NCBI GenBank assembly: GCA_963783575.1
Contig: CAWAOD010000004.1
Span: 33,881 to 97,880, forward strand
Direction of reading: 5' to 3'
DNA: 64,000 nucleotides
DNA from: an uncultured Spirochaetota bacterium
Lineage (GTDB): Bacteria; Spirochaetota; Brevinematia; Brevinematales; JAOACQ01
Made by a program: the position numbers and the translations under genes. The stretch's first letter is position 1; every line of letters starts with the position of its first letter. The notes beneath the pieces were generated by a model, which worked only from the letters and a program-made list of their open reading frames with translations, searched no databases and was not told the origin of the DNA. Of the stretch, positions 31,344 to 41,067 are shown piece after piece.

Positions 31344-33428
31344 TTATTTCTTATATCTTTTTAATATTTTTTTAAATTCATCCCTGTTTTTGTATTTTTC
31401 ATAAACCATATCCGTTTCTAAAAAATTCTCAATAGGATAGCCTTTCTTTAATGCTGTTTCAATATTCTTATAAAATCCCTTATCATTATCCATATCACCG
31501 TATATTTCCGCGAGAGAGCCGTAAGCATAAGAGTAATCCGGGTTAAATTCGATCGCTTTCTGCACATCAGCAATTGCGAGGTCAAACTTTTTTATTGATC
31601 GATAAACATTCCCACGGTTATTATATACTAATGAATAATTAGGGTTCAACTCGATTGCTTTATTATAGTCGTTAATTGCTTTTCCATATTCTTTTTGATA
31701 GTAATAAGCAACCCCTCGGCTATTATAGGCATCCGAATAATTAGGATTCAGTTCGATTGCTTTACTATAGTCATTTATAGCTTTTTTATATTCCTTTTGA
31801 TCTGAATAAACAAGCCCGCGATTATGATAGGCTAATAATAAATCCGGATTTAGTTGGATCGCTCTGTTATAATCATTTATAGCTTTTTCATATTCCTTTT
31901 GATCGTAATATGCAACCCCGCGATTATGATAGGCCTCCGAATAATCCGGTTTCAATCCGATTGCATTATTATAATCATTTATTGCTTTTTCGTAATCAAT
32001 TTGAGCGGAATAAACAAGTCCGCGATTATGATAGGCTAAAGAATAAGCCGGATTCAGTTCGATAGCTTTATTATAATCGTTTATTGCTTTTTCATATTCC
32101 TTTTGATCGTAATATGCAACCCCGCGGTTATTATAGGCATCCGAATAATCCGGTTTCAGTTCGATTGCTTTACTATACCATTCGATTATTTCTTTAGGAT
32201 TTTTGCTGTCATAAGCCTTATTAAACCAATCAAGGGCGGTAAGATAACTATTGAATTTATTTTTATCATGATCTGAAATGACGGGTGAAGACTGAACGGT
32301 TGCTTTATTGAAATTATCAATATACCTTTTTGTTTTTTCCTCAAATTGCTTTGCTTCTTCGGATAATTTTTCAGTATCACACTGGTATTTATTCCATAAT
32401 TTGAAAATAAAAGTATCGAAATTCTCTATTTTTACAATAAAACTATTTTTTGTATTGTTGATCAGGTTTACAACACGCCAGTTCATGGAATTGATATCCA
32501 TAGCGCACCAGTATAAACAGAAATGCCGGTCCTTTTTCTTTTTTTCCAGGATATTCATAATAGAATAATCCGAACCGTTATACCCGATGACAACAAGCCC
32601 CAGTTTTTCCAGGGCTTCGTTAAATTTGGTTTCCATATTTTTATCCAGGGACTGCGTTTCATTATTTATATTTTTGATGTTTTCAAATAAATAATCGCCG
32701 TGGAGCTTGATTATATTCGGTTTGTCATCCTCGATATTGATGTATTTCGCGGTCTCATTATGGGAATAGACCCGGGGTTTTTTATGCGTATAGAACAAAA
32801 GGGCGTCATTTATCAGATCGTCAAAATTGGTCGTAAAAATATTTTTCACAACGCCCTTTTTAACGATATTCGCGAATAGAATGTAAGCTCCCTGGGGTTC
32901 TTTCTTTTCTATCAGCCGCTCGATAAACTTCTGCCGCTCCCTTTCATCCTCTGAGTATTCCTCGAACCAGAAACCGTAAAGACTATCCGAATAAATATGA
33001 TCTTTTAAATCATCCCATAATTTTTGATTGTCCGAATATTCATTTTTGATCGATTCGGGAATTTTATTTATATAACTGATTTTATCTTCTTCCATTTTTG
33101 CTTTAAAGTGATCTTCTTTTTCATTAATAAATTTTTCATAATCTTTTTGGCGGGAATCATCTTTCTGAAGGTAAGTGTCGATTAATTTTATTATTTCAGA
33201 TATACTATCCGCTTCATTGCTGTTTAAGTCCGTCCTGCTTTTCGCGAAACAGTTCTTTTTTATTATTTCTATAATCCCCCCGCCGGATGGAATTTCCGAA
33301 CTGATTGAAGAACCTGCTCCTAAAAATAGCGAGAATTTCGAGAGATTTTTTTCGATTTTTATACCCATTTCATTCAGCAAGACAGCTTCATCTTTAATTT
33401 TTTCATTATTGATTTCAAATTTTTTCAT
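31344..33428 (-). CDS. SIR2-like (SIR2_2-type) domain protein fused to a TPR array
   Basis: 694 aa. N-terminal motifs are FSLFLGAGSSISSEIPSG, IFTTNFDDLINDA, IIKLHGD and VVIGYNGSDYSI. The C-terminal ~270 aa are at least eight 34-aa TPRs (AYNNRGVAYYDQKEYEKAINDYNKAIELNP...). Confidence 0.8.
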   Translation of the reverse strand: MKKFEINNEKIKDEAVLLNEMGIKIEKNLSKFSLFLGAGSSISSEIPSGGGIIEIIKKNCFAKSRTDLNSNEADSISEIIKLIDTYLQKDDSRQKDYEKFINEKEDHFKAKMEEDKISYINKIPESIKNEYSDNQKLWDDLKDHIYSDSLYGFWFEEYSEDERERQKFIERLIEKKEPQGAYILFANIVKKGVVKNIFTTNFDDLINDALLFYTHKKPRVYSHNETAKYINIEDDKPNIIKLHGDYLFENIKNINNETQSLDKNMETKFNEALEKLGLVVIGYNGSDYSIMNILEKKKKDRHFCLYWCAMDINSMNWRVVNLINNTKNSFIVKIENFDTFIFKLWNKYQCDTEKLSEEAKQFEEKTKRYIDNFNKATVQSSPVISDHDKNKFNSYLTALDWFNKAYDSKNPKEIIEWYSKAIELKPDYSDAYNNRGVAYYDQKEYEKAINDYNKAIELNPAYSLAYHNRGLVYSAQIDYEKAINDYNNAIGLKPDYSEAYHNRGVAYYDQKEYEKAINDYNRAIQLNPDLLLAYHNRGLVYSDQKEYKKAINDYSKAIELNPNYSDAYNSRGVAYYYQKEYGKAINDYNKAIELNPNYSLVYNNRGNVYRSIKKFDLAIADVQKAIEFNPDYSYAYGSLAEIYGDMDNDKGFYKNIETALKKGYPIENFLETDMVYEKYKNRDEFKKILKRYKK

Positions 33429-33454
33429 ATATTTATTCCTGTCCTGAATTTTTC

Positions 33455-34018
33455 TTACATTTTTTCTTTCCAGATCGGCGTTCCCCTCGGTGTCTTGCTC
33501 AAATAATGTGTCTCAAGAAAAGTAATGCCTCCCTGTATTGCCGGCATTATCTTTTCAATCCTGGCAAGCCTTTCCTCCGAGTCGAAAGCCCAGTCGCTGT
33601 CAGGATATTCGCTTAATACCCTCTGAAAAACATGATTTAGCGGCATCCAGGTTCATTTTCTTTTTTGTTAGCGTTTCCATATCGAAAAGAACCTGGTTAA
33701 ATTTGAGAGAAATGGAACCATTGTATTTATTGAAATAATCAACCCCTCTTTTATAGATTGTGTAATCGTCTTCAGCAGGCTGTGATTTATATTCCTCAGG
33801 CTTAACCTGTTTTCCTGACTTTTTCTGGCGTTCCTTAGTGGACAGAATTGCCTGATAAGCCTCATTAATATGGGCCATTTCACTTTCCTTTGACAATTTC
33901 TCTTTATTATCAGTAAACAAATCTGGATGATTTTCTTTTGCCAGTTTTCTATAGGCTTTCTTAATTTCAACCGTTGATGCTTCCGGCCCAATCCTAAAAT
34001 CCTATAATATTCATCCAT
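33455..34018 (-). pseudogene. Second J-domain protein, broken by two frameshifts
   Basis: The ATG at 34018 overlaps the upstream gene's stop (ATGGATGA). The J-domain MDEYYRILGLG / PEASTVEIKKAYRKLAKENHPD is readable across a 1-nt shift at the GGGCC run (33985-33990). A second frame change lies within 33600-33646. Confidence 0.65.
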
Positions 34019-34919
34019 AAGACCTCTCGTTATTCTTAAAATATGAATAGGTATTATTATCGTCATGAATTGCTGTCATTTTTCCCGCCATGATTCCATG
34101 GATGCACCCGATATTATGCATGGCAAAATTTAGAGCCTCAAAAATACAATCTATCTTTCTAATTCCGAATTCGGGAAGAAGCTGCATAATACTCTCCAGG
34201 GAAGTGCTGTTCATAAATTTATCCATCCTCTTCCGGATATTATAGAAATAATCCCTTAGCCCGACAAAAGGCCTGTGTTCCAAATTTTCCGGCTTAAGCG
34301 AGATATTTTTAATATATTCTTCAAAGCCTGCTCCTTTAAGGTTCCTTGCCGACAAAAAATAATCGGGGAAACCTGAGGGTGCGAGCACCCATTTATCAAT
34401 AAAAATCAGGATGTCAAGGACATAACGCCACAACTGCTTTCCGCTGTATTCTTTTTCCCAGCCGTCAAAACTTTTATGATCTACCAGGCCCCTTCTTCCG
34501 GGGGTTCTGTATTCGTTGATTTTCTGAAGTGTCGCTCCCGAAATGCGAAGAAAATCCTCAATTTCCCATAGAATAAAATTCAGTTGTGCGAAGATTCTAT
34601 TCAAGGATCCGTAATTTATACCTTCTTTGCCGGGAAGAGCAGAATGGATTTTCAGTCCGCCCGGGGCGGTTTTTGATTGCCGGTTATTCAGAACACTGCT
34701 GTTTCTTAAATAGGTATTATATTCTTCTCTTTTTTCAGGATCGGAGAGAATGCTGTAAGCCTGATAAAGGATTATGAATTTTGCTTCCGATTCGGGGGAA
34801 TTATTGTTTTTATCGGGATGATGTATTAATGCCAGCCTTCGGAAAGCCGTTTTGATTTCTTCAACGGATGCCTCTTCGCAAACATCCAGTATTTCATAAA
34901 ATGATATATAAGCAGACAT
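34011..34919 (-). CDS. J-domain protein with an uncharacterised ~230-aa C-terminal domain
   Basis: From the ATG at 34919 the translation reads MSAYISFYEILDVCEEASVEEIKTAFRRLALIHHPDKNN (HPD motif). The ORF-track start at 34985 is an upstream TTG. Confidence 0.8.
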   Translation of the reverse strand: MSAYISFYEILDVCEEASVEEIKTAFRRLALIHHPDKNNNSPESEAKFIILYQAYSILSDPEKREEYNTYLRNSSVLNNRQSKTAPGGLKIHSALPGKEGINYGSLNRIFAQLNFILWEIEDFLRISGATLQKINEYRTPGRRGLVDHKSFDGWEKEYSGKQLWRYVLDILIFIDKWVLAPSGFPDYFLSARNLKGAGFEEYIKNISLKPENLEHRPFVGLRDYFYNIRKRMDKFMNSTSLESIMQLLPEFGIRKIDCIFEALNFAMHNIGCIHGIMAGKMTAIHDDNNTYSYFKNNERSYG

Positions 34920-35018
34920 ATTATATGAACCTTTGTTTTTATTCAAAAGACAATAAATCGTATAATTTATAATCTGAAAAGTCAAACAAACAGGAATTTG
35001 GGATTAAATTAATTTAGA

Positions 35019-35048
35019 TTGACTAATATTCTAATAATATGATATAAT
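35019..35048 (+). promoter_or_regulatory. sigma70-like promoter for the TetR operon
   Basis: TTGACT (35019-35024), an 18-nt spacer, then TATAAT (35043-35048). GGAGG precedes the ATG at 35073. Confidence 0.5.
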
Positions 35049-35072
35049 ATTAGATAGTTTTGGAGGTGTTTT

Positions 35073-35672
35073 ATGGCTCCCGACAGGAGGAATGAGATAT
35101 TGGATGCGGCCGGAAAATGTTTTACTCGCTTCGGTTACGATAAAACGACCCTTGACGACATCGGTAATATGGTTGGTATAAATAAGGTATCGCTTTATTA
35201 TTATTTTAAGAACAAGGAAACACTTTTTGCAGAAATGATTTCCAGGGAAGCTGACGAATTTATGAGCAAGGTCCTGAAAAATGTCGAAGGAATATCCTCA
35301 CCGAGGGAAAGAATCCTTGCATGGATAGCCGAAAGCTTCAAATACACCCAGAGCGGTAGTGTCCTGCACCAGCTCTCTATGGAAACGCTTAAAAAGCTTA
35401 CACCCCAACTGGAAGGATTGAAAATCTATGCTCAAAAGAAGAGTGTGGAAACAATCGAGGCTATGCTGAAAGAAGGGCAGGTAAATGAGTTCATTCCATG
35501 CAACACGAACAAAGTCGCGGAAATCATTCAGAAAATCATGTATTCTATGAAAGAGTCGGCATATAACCTGGTAAAGTCGGGTCAGGCAGCTACCCTGGAT
35601 AGCGGGACCCTGGACAGTGATATTGCTTATGCGGTATCACTGGTTTTGGATGGAATAAGCTTAAAGAAATAA
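35073..35672 (+). CDS. TetR/AcrR-family transcriptional regulator
   Basis: The N-terminal HTH reads ILDAAGKCFTRFGYDKTTLDDIGNMVGINKVSLYYYFKNKE. Confidence 0.9.
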   Translation: MAPDRRNEILDAAGKCFTRFGYDKTTLDDIGNMVGINKVSLYYYFKNKETLFAEMISREADEFMSKVLKNVEGISSPRERILAWIAESFKYTQSGSVLHQLSMETLKKLTPQLEGLKIYAQKKSVETIEAMLKEGQVNEFIPCNTNKVAEIIQKIMYSMKESAYNLVKSGQAATLDSGTLDSDIAYAVSLVLDGISLKK

Positions 35673-35682
35673 ATTTAGGAGG

Positions 35683-36006
35683 ATGTTTATGTTTATTTTG
35701 ATTCAAATCGGAGTTTATTTACTTTATTTTATTGTGGGTTCTTTGTTCAGTAATGTTTTTCTTCACCTGGTCTGGAGTTTTCATTTTACCAAACTCCCCG
35801 AAAAACATAGGAATACATTTATGGGCTCCCACATTGGAACCGCGGTATCCGCTCTTATTTACTTATTTATCGGAGCTCTCATTCTGGCGCTGCTGAAATA
35901 CCAATTCGGCCTGAATCTGAATTCATTATTCATATTCATAGGCGTCAGCCTTGTGGCCGTCAATGTTGCATTAAGGTTTGACAAAGCAGAGAAAAAAAAT
36001 TCTTGA
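35683..36006 (+). CDS. Small membrane protein (paralogue of the next gene)
   Basis: 107 aa with 3 hydrophobic segments and an RBS AGGAGG. Its architecture is similar to that of 36060-36398. Confidence 0.6.
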   Translation: MFMFILIQIGVYLLYFIVGSLFSNVFLHLVWSFHFTKLPEKHRNTFMGSHIGTAVSALIYLFIGALILALLKYQFGLNLNSLFIFIGVSLVAVNVALRFDKAEKKNS

Positions 36007-36059
36007 TGGAAATTATTCGATCCATTATTAGATGTTCGTTGGGAAAATAGGAGGGAAAA

Positions 36060-36398
36060 ATGATTGTTTTATTTTATGCGGCCTATTTTATTGCCGGGGG
36101 TTTGTTTGTTAACGGGTTTTTCCATTATCTGATGGGAATGTCGGGAAGAAAATTTGTTAAACGTCCGCGAATGCTGTCTCAGGAAAGATTTGATAAGATG
36201 TCTGCCAGATCTACCGGTTTCAATTCCGCTGTTTATAATGTCATTTACGGAATGATACAAATGATCATAGCTTTTTTACTGATAACAGGTGTCGGTAAAT
36301 TTCATTTAGGACTGACATGGGAAACGGGCATATTTATCCTGAATATTGTCATCTCTTCTATTCTTACCGCCTGGAATTTTGAGGGGACATTATCGTAA
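36060..36398 (+). CDS. Small membrane protein
   Basis: 112 aa with 3 hydrophobic segments and an RBS AGGAGGG. It belongs to the same operon as the TetR gene. Confidence 0.6.
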   Translation: MIVLFYAAYFIAGGLFVNGFFHYLMGMSGRKFVKRPRMLSQERFDKMSARSTGFNSAVYNVIYGMIQMIIAFLLITGVGKFHLGLTWETGIFILNIVISSILTAWNFEGTLS

Positions 36399-36527
36399 AA
36401 GCAATGATTGCCTGAAAGAAATAAGTAAACTGAAGGCATTGAGCAACGGCAAATTTAAATTTTGATAAGTTAATATAGCGGGGTTCATAATGTTCCTATA
36501 AAGCAAAATTTTTCATGGGAGGAAATA

Positions 36528-38414
36528 ATGAAATTAGAAATTTTTGTAGAAACATTCCTTTGTATAATAATTTTATTATCGATATTGTCATGCGGACACA
36601 AGCCGGCTGTTAAAGGGGAAAATCCCATATCAGAGGAAAAATCAAATATTGAGACAAATGTGGGATATCCTGTATCGGAAGAATATTTAAATATTGAAAC
36701 AAACAATATCTTCACTACCGAAGAAACCGTTGTACTCTCGAATAAAACTAAGGTATTGATACTTCCGTTTGACAACAGGTCGGATCAGTCGAAGTATCCA
36801 AACGCTAAAATAGTAAATACTATTATAATGAGTGAATTATACGCATTTCTATACATCGTGCCTTCTTTCGACGTTCCTGAAAAAACTGAACTGGCCGCTC
36901 TGAATTCCGAATTTTTAAACCGGAAAGATATAAAACCGCAGGATATTTACAGTAACTATCAGGCGGATATTATTATTTTCGGTAATTATGGCCTAAATGG
37001 CAGTAAAACAGATCCAACGGCGCAAATACGGCTTAATATATGGAATAAAGCGTCTGGAAAGATTGATACTCATGAATATAATACACCCATTGACGCAGAT
37101 ATTTTTGACGCAATAGATGCTATGCTCTCCCAGATTATCAGTTTAACGCTTAATGAAGAAGTTAAAATCTCATATCTCAATATCGGAAATTTCAAAATAG
37201 GAAACGGATCTTATTCACTTACGATCAATAATAAACCAGCGGCAAAAATAACAAATGATAATTTTTCACTGAATCTTAAAATATTACCGAATGCGATTTA
37301 TTCGATAAGGTTAAGAAATACCGCGGATAACAAAAATGTTTTAAACAATCAGGTTATGTTAAAGCCCGGTGAAACGACAAATATTAGTTATACCGCGGCT
37401 TTCGCTGAAGATAACTTGTATGACGTAGTTACAAACGGCAATATAGCGTTTATCAAATATTACCGCGATGATATTAACAAGCCCCTTGATATTAATGGCA
37501 ACACGGCTTTGATTTTAGCGATCTATGGCGGAGATATGAACATGATTAAAGTCTTGATCGAGGCTAAGGCCGATGTCAACACAGCAGACAAAGATGGCGT
37601 AACAGCTTTGATGTGGGCGGCCATTAAAAGCCGATCGGATGCGGTCAAAGCATTGATCGAAGCTAAAGCCGGCCTCAACGCCGCTGATAAAGACGGCTGG
37701 ACGGCTTTGATGTGGGCGGCTAGAAAATACAATGAGAGTGTGATGGAAGCATTAATCGAAGCTAAAGCCGACCTCAACGCTATAGATATAAACGGATATA
37801 CGGCTTTATCATATGCGGCCAGGGATGGCGATACTAATGTGGTTAAAATATTGATTGAGGCAAAGGCCGATCTCAACACCTTGACTAAAAATAATGAAAC
37901 GGCTTTGATGCTTGCCGCCCAAAATGGGCATACTGATGTAGTTAAAGCATTGATCGAGGCAATGGCTGATCTAAACAAGGGGGATAATAATGGCTGGACG
38001 GCTTTGATGTGGGCAGCCCAAAATAGGCACACAGATATAGTCAAAGCATTGATCGAAGCAAAGACCGATGTTAACAAAGAGGATAATAATGGCTGGACGG
38101 TTTTGATGTATTCGGCTAATTCCACTATCACAGGACTTTTAAGAGCAGCCGGGGCGAAACAGACCATATTCGGTGCTGCTGCAATAGGTGATATAGATTT
38201 TATCAAAAATTACTCGGGAGATGTTAATTCTGTGAATAAAAACGGCATTACGGCTTTGATGTGGGCCACCCAAAACGGTCATACGGAAGCGGTTAAAAAA
38301 TTGATTGCGGCCGGTGCCAATGTTAATGCTGTTGATTCAAAGGGAGATACGGCTTTGTCGCTTACTAAAGATGCCTCCATCATCAATCTTTTAAAAAAGG
38401 CTGGAGCGAAGTAA
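36528..38414 (+). CDS. Lipoprotein with a CsgG/LpoB-like N-terminal domain and about 9 ankyrin repeats
   Basis: Lipobox LSILSCG. The N-terminal region reads KVLILPFDNRSD...ADIIIFGNYG...IRLNIWNKASGKI. The C-terminus has repeated GxTALMWAA...VKALIEAKADLN 33-aa units. Confidence 0.85.
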   Translation: MKLEIFVETFLCIIILLSILSCGHKPAVKGENPISEEKSNIETNVGYPVSEEYLNIETNNIFTTEETVVLSNKTKVLILPFDNRSDQSKYPNAKIVNTIIMSELYAFLYIVPSFDVPEKTELAALNSEFLNRKDIKPQDIYSNYQADIIIFGNYGLNGSKTDPTAQIRLNIWNKASGKIDTHEYNTPIDADIFDAIDAMLSQIISLTLNEEVKISYLNIGNFKIGNGSYSLTINNKPAAKITNDNFSLNLKILPNAIYSIRLRNTADNKNVLNNQVMLKPGETTNISYTAAFAEDNLYDVVTNGNIAFIKYYRDDINKPLDINGNTALILAIYGGDMNMIKVLIEAKADVNTADKDGVTALMWAAIKSRSDAVKALIEAKAGLNAADKDGWTALMWAARKYNESVMEALIEAKADLNAIDINGYTALSYAARDGDTNVVKILIEAKADLNTLTKNNETALMLAAQNGHTDVVKALIEAMADLNKGDNNGWTALMWAAQNRHTDIVKALIEAKTDVNKEDNNGWTVLMYSANSTITGLLRAAGAKQTIFGAAAIGDIDFIKNYSGDVNSVNKNGITALMWATQNGHTEAVKKLIAAGANVNAVDSKGDTALSLTKDASIINLLKKAGAK

Positions 38415-38444
38415 AAACAATATCGCCCCCTTAAGGAGGAGGAT

Positions 38445-39308
38445 ATGAAAAACACCGGGATGAGCGGAAAAATATGTCTGGTAACCGGGGCGAATTCCGG
38501 CATCGGAAAAGCCCTTGCAATGAAGCTGGCCGGCTACGGCGCAAAAATAGTTCTTGCCTGCCGTGACCGGGAGCGTGGTGAAAAAGCCATGAAAGAAATA
38601 AAAGAAATTACGCAAAACCCTGATGTTGAACTGCTTATAATGGATTTATCATCGCAGAAATCTGTCAGAAACGGTGTACTGGAAATCAAGAGCCGGTATG
38701 GAAAGCTGGATGTGTTGATCAACAATGCAGGTGTATTGCTGTTTGAGAAAAACCAGTGCGAGGACGGAATAGAAAAAACACTGGCAACAAATCTCTTGGG
38801 ACCGTTTTTATTAACCAATCTTTTACTGGAATCGTTCCGACCCTTTGCACGAATTATCAATGTTGTATCGGAAGGAACGACCAAAGGGGAGATTGAACTG
38901 GGAAATCTCAATTCCGGGAAAAAATACAACCCCGTTCTGGCCTATTCTCAATCCAAGCAGGCTGAAATTCTATTCACTTACGAATTAGCGGAAAGATTGA
39001 AAAGTACCAATATAACCGCGAATTGCTTTTATCCCGGGCTGGTAAAGACTAATCTTGCAATGGCTGATAGAAGTTTACTGAAAGAATCATTAATAAGAAA
39101 AGTGATGACGACGTTGTTAAAATTCATGTTTGTTCCATTGGAAGAAAGCATTAAATTAAGAGTTTTTTTGGCAGCATCGGGTAAAGCGGCTGAAATGAAC
39201 GGAAAATTTCTCATGTGCCGGAAAAATAAAATTATTATAAAAACATCCGGTGATCGGGCAACCTCTCAGAAACTCTGGGAGATATGCAGGGGATTAACCG
39301 GTTTATAG
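38445..39308 (+). CDS. Short-chain dehydrogenase/reductase (paralogue of 6699-7598)
   Basis: Contains TGANSGIG, NNAG and YSQSK (YxxxK). Confidence 0.85.
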   Translation: MKNTGMSGKICLVTGANSGIGKALAMKLAGYGAKIVLACRDRERGEKAMKEIKEITQNPDVELLIMDLSSQKSVRNGVLEIKSRYGKLDVLINNAGVLLFEKNQCEDGIEKTLATNLLGPFLLTNLLLESFRPFARIINVVSEGTTKGEIELGNLNSGKKYNPVLAYSQSKQAEILFTYELAERLKSTNITANCFYPGLVKTNLAMADRSLLKESLIRKVMTTLLKFMFVPLEESIKLRVFLAASGKAAEMNGKFLMCRKNKIIIKTSGDRATSQKLWEICRGLTGL

Positions 39309-39629
39309 GAAAGATTGTTTTGAAAAAATCAGCAAAAATCAGGAGGTTTCTTGAATGGATATTTTTAAGGCAATAAAAGCAGGCGATATCAATGCCATCA
39401 AGGAACATATAAAATAAAAACTATTTATGCAGATCCTTTCATTGCAAAATTGATGGGAGCTTTTATGGAATCCATGAGCATCCTGGTTGAGGATTCGAAT
39501 AGAAGATTATTAGTAAAATCAACAGCGCGCAATACTGAAATTATTCTTGAGGAGATTTCAAATATTTCTAATGTAAGATAGCTAATATTTTAATAAAATT
39601 ATTTGAAAACATAAAAAAGGAGCATCAAT

Positions 39630-40928
39630 ATGAAAATGAATGTTCTTAAACTGCCCGCTGTTCTGCCGGATGGTAAACCCGGGGCAATTTATCCTGTTCT
39701 CCTGAGCGATAACGGCGAATCGATTCTTGTGGATGCCGGGTTTCCCGGCCAGCTTAAACAGTTTAAGGATGCTTTCAAGGTGGCCGGAATCGGCTGGAAT
39801 TCATTAAAAACTATAATTATTACCCATCATGATATCGATCATATCGGCAGCCTGCCCGATATTATCCTGGATTCGCCTGCTAAAATCGAAGTGATTTCAT
39901 CTGAACTGGAAAAACCTTATATCCGGAAGGATGTTGTTTCATATAAAGCGGAACTTCTTAAAAAACATCTTAAGACCATTCCCGAAGATCAAAAAGTATC
40001 GGTACGTTCCATGCTGGATAATTTCACCAGGATGTCAGGGGGACCGGGCACAGATGTTGCCCGTGTGCTGAAAGATGGAGAAGAGCTTCCATTCTGCGGC
40101 GGCATCACTGTTATTTATACACCGGGGCATACTCCCGGGCACATAAGCCTGTATTTAAAAGGGTTCAAAACCCTTATTTCCGGCGACGCGTTGTCTACAG
40201 ACGGTGAATCGCTCTTTATTATGCCTTTTCCCGATTTTTTACAGGATAATGAAACTGCCCGGAAATCGATCCGGAAGCTGGCCAATTACGATATTAAAAC
40301 TGTAGTCTGCTACCATGGAGGAATTTGCGGGAACCAGGTTAACAGGAAAATAGCGGTTATGTCCGGGAAAGAAATACCTGAGGATAATTCAATGGTAAGA
40401 GTTTTCCAAACCTTGGCGGAGTATAATCAATCGGCAAATATAGAGCTGTTGAACCGCCTTGAAAAACTGCCCGGGGAACAGTTGAAGCTGGATACCGGCG
40501 CTTATTATACCTCAATTTATGAAGTCCTCAATCATATACTTATGAATAGCGACACGCTTTTCCTCAAGCTTTACAGCGATCTTTTTCCGGGCGATCCGGC
40601 GCTGTCAGGGAATATTCTCACCGGTCTGGATGAGGAGAAATACAAGGAGCTTATGGAAAAGCTTGAACTGGATTACAAAAAGATTTTTGTTTACCGGAAG
40701 GAAACTGATGGTTTGATCCGCAGGTTTATGGACAAATTAACACCGGAATACCTCTCTTCCAGCGTTCCGCTTTACCAAAATGCCGAGGGAGAAACGGTAA
40801 GCGGAGAACTCTGGAAAACGTTGTTGAAGCTTTTCGATCACCAGACATACCACCGAGGCGAGATCGCTGTTTTCCTTGACCGGATGGGTATTGAAAACGA
40901 TACTTATTCGGCAGGATGGGTTCACTGA
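39630..40928 (+). CDS. Metallo-beta-lactamase-fold hydrolase fused to a DinB-like domain
   Basis: The MBL motif is ITHHDIDHIG, with a later TPGHTPGH. The C-terminal DinB-like region reads HILMN...HQTYHRGEIAVFLDRMG. The last two codons and the stop are supplied by a MITE. Confidence 0.8.
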   Translation: MKMNVLKLPAVLPDGKPGAIYPVLLSDNGESILVDAGFPGQLKQFKDAFKVAGIGWNSLKTIIITHHDIDHIGSLPDIILDSPAKIEVISSELEKPYIRKDVVSYKAELLKKHLKTIPEDQKVSVRSMLDNFTRMSGGPGTDVARVLKDGEELPFCGGITVIYTPGHTPGHISLYLKGFKTLISGDALSTDGESLFIMPFPDFLQDNETARKSIRKLANYDIKTVVCYHGGICGNQVNRKIAVMSGKEIPEDNSMVRVFQTLAEYNQSANIELLNRLEKLPGEQLKLDTGAYYTSIYEVLNHILMNSDTLFLKLYSDLFPGDPALSGNILTGLDEEKYKELMEKLELDYKKIFVYRKETDGLIRRFMDKLTPEYLSSSVPLYQNAEGETVSGELWKTLLKLFDHQTYHRGEIAVFLDRMGIENDTYSAGWVH

Positions 40929-41067
40929 AAAAAGAGTTAAAATTTGAAAACTATAACCAACCGTTTCTAATTGCATTTATAACTCATTGTTATAAAGTAG
41001 GATATGACACCAATAAAATACTGTTTATTAAACATTTTAAGATTTATGCTGATTTTCAGTGAACCCG
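40918..41067 (+). mobile_element. MITE (~148 bp), copy a
   Basis: Terminal inverted repeats are GGGTTCACTGAAAA / TTTTCAGTGAACCC. The direct repeat GGATGGG lies at 40914-40920 and 41068-74 (TIR/TSD boundary ambiguous). A second copy, with about 9 mismatches by eye, lies inverted at 58075-58225. Confidence 0.8.

Noticed and set aside
31450-32245. Periodic near-identical DNA repeats that could be mistaken for a CRISPR-like array. One example is a 41-nt exact repeat at 31882-31922 and 32086-32126, spaced 204 bp apart.
   Set aside because: The periodicity is 102/204 bp and lies entirely within the TPR-coding part of the SIR2-TPR ORF. The repeats encode the 34-aa TPR units. There is no spacer/repeat architecture.
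37523-38206. 227-aa ORF antisense to the ankyrin-repeat gene
   Set aside because: It is a low-complexity Ala/Ser/Leu-rich translation, produced because the ankyrin repeats lack stops on the opposite strand. The sense strand has a lipobox, an RBS and clear ANK motifs.
39350-39600. Short frames (MDIFKAIKAGDINAIKEHIK-stop, and a ~50-codon frame ending at 39581) between the SDR and MBL genes
   Set aside because: They are too short and lack recognisable family motifs. They may be remnants of an ankyrin-like gene and another gene, but I cannot support a call from sequence alone.
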